Assembly: GCA_036172245.1 (NCBI GenBank)
Contig: JAYWIR010000025.1
Span: 1,922,001 to 1,986,000 of the forward strand
Length of the DNA stretch: 64,000 nucleotides
DNA from: Raillietiella orientalis
Taxonomy: Eukaryota
Direction of reading: 5' to 3'
Position 1 is the first letter of the stretch; each line of letters opens with the position of its first letter. The notes below the pieces were generated by a model. It was not told where the DNA came from. It saw nothing but the letters and a program-made list of their open reading frames with translations, and searched no databases. Made by a program: the position numbers and the translations under genes. Below, piece by piece: positions 59,054 through 64,000 of this stretch.

Positions 59054-61746
59054 GCCTCTTTCCTTTTGATATTTTCCAGCTCTGCAGAGATGACGGATTT
59101 CACAGCTTCCCTTAGGAGAGGGAATTTCGAACTCAAGCTGCCCATTTTCCTGCTGAAATAACACACGATTTAGGTTCGTTTTGGTTGCAATTCACGGCGT
59201 TAGGAGCGACCTCGAAAGCACACTCTTGAAAGGGGCCTGCGTGGGAGAGGAAGAGATTTCGACATGGCATAGTAAAAACGGAAAGCGCGGAGTTCCCGAT
59301 GGTTCATCCCGTATGCACAACGAACACATCTGAGCCACGAGTTCTTGCAGTCTCCGATAAAGTCAGGTGGAAAATGAGGTAGATGAAAACGGATGCAGGG
59401 TAACTGCATGCATCATCACTATATGTGACAAACACAGTATACAAAGCAAATCAGTGCGCCATTGTATCTATGTTTATGTACAGGAAAATGCATCTTCCGA
59501 AGCATATCAAACTTGATGTATTTATGGCCCAGGAGCCCTTAGTACATCTGCGTGAAATTCTCCCCCCAGCTGTTTCGGTAAGTACGCTATGGAGATTGCT
59601 GCTGTTTCCATTTTCAATCACTGTGCATTCAATTCACGATGTCTTCATAGCAATGTACCTGGAGTACAAATGTGTGCAAGTTGAACACAAGCGTACTTGT
59701 ATACGTATGAATATGCGCTCGTGCAAGTAACCGTAGAACACCTGCGTATAGTCAATCTGATATTGTCAATTTGCTGGGATCTCCATGATTAATGTGTGTT
59801 GCACATATGATGTGGAGATGAGTCTGCTATGTAAGCTCACCAGAATTTTCCGTTTATGTAACCATGTATGTGCGTGTACACACACACACACACACATGTG
59901 CGGAGTGCTCTCGAACGAGTCCGACAAAACAATGTAGCTACTCAGAAGCAATTAATTGAAGATTACAAATCATCAGTTCTGATTCATAATCACACGCACA
60001 AAGGATACGCGAATTCGACAAGGATTCTAAGAAAAAACCGTGGTAACCTCCACGTTTGCCGTTTCCGTTCGCAGGAAAACGACTGCATTCTGTTCCAGAG
60101 AAGGACGACCCTCTCCACCATATCAGACGAAAGCCTGGACATATCAGAAGCAGGAATCCCATCCCTGATATTCAGGGACAGTACGAGGCAGAGGAACTCC
60201 TTCCCTTCCTTCAAACCCCATTCCGGAGAAGCACCGGCGCAGTCCTACTTTCCGAGAAGCCCTTTGATGTCTTTTTCTGCTTCCCCCTACACCCACGATA
60301 ACTGTGGATGAATGCTCCCATGCTTCAGGGGATGCTGATAAGAAGGTGCTCCGTGAGAAAGGCCAGCTCGGGGAGTCGTCAGCGGCCGCCAACGAACAGC
60401 TAGCTGACTCCTTCCCGCCTCTCTTGGAGGCGCACGCGCTCCCGGCACGAGGTCCCCCAAGTTGCCGCCGAGGCCGCTCAGTGGTCGGCACGCAGTCCGA
60501 GCGCAACACCGGCGCTTTACGCAGACCGCCTGCCCGAGAGAGTCACCGAGCGCGGCGCGCTGCCAGCGTGCGCACCGAGTCGCGAGCGACGGGGCCGAGG
60601 TGCCTTGAGGAACCGAAAGACCGCCCACCCCACTCCCCCGTGCCGTGCGCCGAGCACGGGAGGGGGTGGTGGGAGGCTCACGCGCGCAGTCGGGCGACCT
60701 CAAGGCGCGGAAGAGCTGAGGTGGGCGCCGCTTCCTGCGACAAAGCGGCAGTCGAGCGCAGGCGCAGTGCGGGCGCCGTAGGTGGAGGAAACGGGGAAGG
60801 TTTCGAGTGCCCGATTGATCTTCCCGATTGAGGGCGAGGTTTCCCGGTGCTCCGTTCCAAACCGGAAAAAGATCCCCTGCATATGGGAGCGTCTTCTTTC
60901 TCAAGAACTCGTTCTTGTATACAGTTAGCTTTATGTGTAGTTATTTTTAATACGTGCGCATTGTGCACACGTATGTGCATGCAGGAACGAACCAAGTATT
61001 CTCACACTAATGCTTGCATGTTTTGTATTTCGTGTTTCCATGCGTGTGTATCTGCACACGTCTATTTGTAATGGATGTATAAACAATGCGAGGGGCTCGG
61101 TACGACGCGGGTTTGAAAGACAGTACTTCAGTACACTGCTGTTTGCAATACGAAAAGAGGGGAGGGGGAGTTTCAGAGATCTCGTCTTGCGCTGTGGGGA
61201 CTTCGGAAAAGTCAGCCATGTGAAGTGCACTGCCACGTCGATGATGTGATCACAACCGTTTTTTCTATCGCATTGCAAGTCGCTCCGAGCAAAGCGAAAG
61301 TCAAATGCAAAGAGCTGCTCCCAGCAAATTACGGTGAGCAGCCGTATTCCGGACAGATCCGGAAAAGGGCGTTTCCAAGATGAGGAACATGAACTTACTT
61401 GCTGTTGTAAAGAGCGGATACCATGCTTTCTACGTCTTCACTGCTGACCCTGACTCCTAGGTTGATGACATCGCTTCGCAACTGTTCAATGGTCATCTCT
61501 AAATTTCTGTTTACGTTCATTGAAAAGAAACGACTGTTTTATTTTCTGGAGCGAAAAGAAGAGCTAGTGAAAAGTATGCAGTCTGCTTTCAAGAAAACAG
61601 AAGAAAGATAACATAAATAGACAAACGTTAGGTCCGCTTCCAGCCTGGAAATTTCGTTGCCAAAGAAGCTCTCTTCTCTCCACACTGTCAATTTCTGTGC
61701 TTCGAATGCATCCACCACGACGCAGTTTTGGTTGATGAGTGCCAAT
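59054..61746 (-). CDS. SRCIN1/KIAA1217 (p140Cap/sickle tail; Drosophila CG32809-type) coiled-coil protein, partial. Exons 61746-61627, 61506-61399, 59152-59054
   Basis: Three phase-2/phase-2 GT-AG exons (120, 108, 99 nt) splice to DAFEAQKLTVWREESFFGNEISRLEADLTNLEMTIEQLRSDVINLGVRVSSEDVESMVSALYNSNRKMGSLSSKFPLLREAVKSVISAELENIKRKE. This matches the family pattern RLE.DL..LE..VE.LR..VI....RV...DVE.M...L......L...FP.L......I..E. Flanking exons were not located with confidence. Confidence 0.7.
59878..59897. repeat. (AC)n microsatellite
   Basis: Pure AC dinucleotide run. Confidence 0.9.
60350..60860. promoter_or_regulatory. GC/CpG-rich island with an NRF1/ewg-like site; candidate internal promoter
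   Basis: An abrupt CG-dense patch lies between TG/CA-rich flanks. It contains gcgcaggcgca at 60756-60766 and a minus-strand GTGAGC donor at 60681. Confidence 0.45.
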
Positions 61747-64000
61747 CTTTGGAATGAAAGGAACATTAGAACATATTAGAACTGCAACTGGCGAGAAGCT
61801 GGAAATTTCTTGTCGAAAGCACTTCTGGGAATGACAATAAGAGTAAGGGGCAAGCGGGTGGGAGAAACAAAGAGCCCCAAACCCGAAAGCTCCTCGTCCT
61901 GTATGAGGATTTGTGCATTTTCTCCGATGGGCAGCTCATCGTTAGCAGTAGCATCCGAGAGCCTCCCCCAGAAAGGACGAAAAAAAAGCGTGAACGAAGA
62001 GATGAATCTACTTGACGCCGAGCCATCACAACAGGCACTCTTTCCACGGTGGGACTTACCCCCCATTCTCTGAACTGCCTAACCTATTCTTTCCGTGCGA
62101 GATGTTCCGTGTGGAGCCGCGGTATGGAAGTCGAGTACATTCCCATGCACCTGCGCTGCAAATTCCAAACGCGCGGTTCATTCCGTGCTCGGGGCACCAC
62201 AGTGGCTGGATTCGGTTTCCCCAGCACTAACGGGGACGGGTGGTCTGTTCAGACTATGCTTGGAGTGCGAATTCCAGAGGACTCTTCAGGACTCCCAGCT
62301 GCTCTTCCCATGTCTGCCGAGCGCTCTCCATCGCCGCATTCTTGCTTCGGATGGCTCAGATTTAGAGCTCCAGCCGACCTGGGGATACTCTCCAGGGAAG
62401 ACAAGCTTCCACTTGCAATCCACAACAGAGATTTGTTTTCTGTCGTGAAATCAGCAATAAGTTCGACTGTAAGATTCATTACAATAAATCTTGGCAAGGG
62501 ATTCCAAAACGCTGGATCCAATCTATCAAAGGAGTTCATGACTGCTACTCCTGTTTGTTCGCCAAGCAGTTGCTCAGGCAACGAAACTTGCAAAACACGT
62601 TACACTGTTATTATTTGTTCGAAAAATGCGGGCGATTAAGCAGCAGTGGAAATGTACGAATTGTCAATCTCAGAGATATCGATTTCAAAGCATCAAAATT
62701 AGCTTCTCGAGCTTTTGGGCTTTTTATCTGGAGCAATGCCAAGTGGTTTTTTTTTCCGGTATGGAAAGCTTCAGCAGGATGTAAGGAGCAGCTAATGAAG
62801 GATGGCTGCATGCGAACCAAAAGCCTCGTGATGAGAAAGATTGGCAGATGGGTACGAAATCCAAGTAGAATCCGAAGACCACCGTGCAGAACCACGCTGC
62901 TTCCATGAGGAGGGCATTCATTCCCGACAATATTTCATGAGATTCATCTCGAATCCCACGTTCATCTCACTGCACTCCCACTAAGCATAGTCTGAGAAGG
63001 TTTCCGGAAGTGCAGGGAGCAAGCAGGCTCCAGAATAAAGAGGATGACCTTTCATGGTGACGGCATATGGGAATAAAGAGCGTGTTTCCAATTCGCTCAT
63101 GTCGGAGAACGAGTGACTTGGAGTTTGTCTCACCAGGAATTTCAGAATAAGGGAAGCTGTGGAATTGGACTCTGCGGTGGAAGAGCACCAAAGTTGCCAA
63201 GATGCGGAGGAAACATGGGAGTTGGAAGAAGTGAAACAGAAAGTCAGGCCCGGAATACTGAACATAAAGAACACCTTCAATGTACAACATAGAGTGCTCA
63301 ACGCACTTATAGAATAGATAGGCAACCGTAAAGAAGAAGAATTTCAGATCAGTGGTGACCGTTTTGTGCCAATGTATGAGGAAAAAAGGAACTCAGGGAA
63401 GCTACTTTTTTTAGTTGTCTGATTTTTCCTCTTCCTTCAACATCAATCTACGCAGAGCCGTAGGCGAAAATAATTCAGGATAATTCAGATGGTAACTTTA
63501 ATTCCATCTATGAGCGCTTACAGGTCGTGGGAACCATCGGGTCGTTGCCGTATGCAAATTTCGTTGCATTTGCATTCCTATGGTGCACACGTAAATACGT
63601 TATCGTTGCATGTTGCGGAAAATGCAACAGTGAACACCTAACTACAATAAAAGGAACACTACTAAAGACGAGACTCCGATACATGACGGAATGTGGTTTG
63701 GGTAGAGACACTGTGTTCGTTGCTGGGCAAAATCGTTCGTCCACGCGAAGCTCAGCAAATGCTTCGAAACCACGCAAAGAGGGTATCCACTTTCCTCCTT
63801 CACACCTCCCCTATTCAGACTTGGCGACAGTTGATGTCAGAGTTTAAGAATGATAGCGGATTAATTCGAGCCTCTTCATCTTCCTCGCTTCCTGACCAGG
63901 AAAGCAACAGAAAAGTCGAGAGCCAGTGGGAAGAAATCTGATGGTGGCTATGTAAGCAACGCCATCACGAAAGAGCAACCATCTCAACCTAAGTAGCGTT

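Noticed and set aside
62950..63330. Purine-rich + strand stretch resembling a LINE ORF2 linker
   Set aside because: No diagnostic motif is recoverable.

Overview
This is eukaryotic genomic DNA from an invertebrate animal, probably an arthropod, with GT-AG introns down to 42-48 nt. Four spliced protein-coding loci can be assembled by hand. (1) The 3' part (TM3 to C-terminus) of a divergent class B GPCR of the CRF/diuretic-hormone-44 receptor type, + strand, 4074-17651, whose TM7 exon lies beyond a 9-kb intron. (2) A complete gamma-glutamyl hydrolase gene, + strand, 7 exons, 31250-39017. (3) A uridine-cytidine kinase-like 1 gene (kinase plus UPRT-like domains), + strand, about 46354-49557, in an AT-rich, CpG-poor domain with micro-introns. 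(4) Three exons of a SRCIN1/KIAA1217/CG32809-type coiled-coil gene, - strand, 59054-61746, possibly decaying. The intergenic and intronic space holds a hAT/Buster MITE with a perfect 8-bp target-site duplication and many badly decayed transposon relics (LINE-like, DIRS-like, BEL/Pao-like, and one with a PHD-finger relic). It also holds short dispersed repeats and a few unusually clean inverted repeats. Most ORFs in the six-frame track are spurious. I found no CRISPR array, rRNA or intact tRNA, and no convincing evidence of a wholly new biological system. The best leads are the motif-divergent receptor, a 19-bp perfect inverted repeat enclosing a possible multi-branch RNA, a long in-frame upstream extension of GGH, and an intronic CpG-island promoter candidate. 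All family assignments come from recalled motifs, not database searches.
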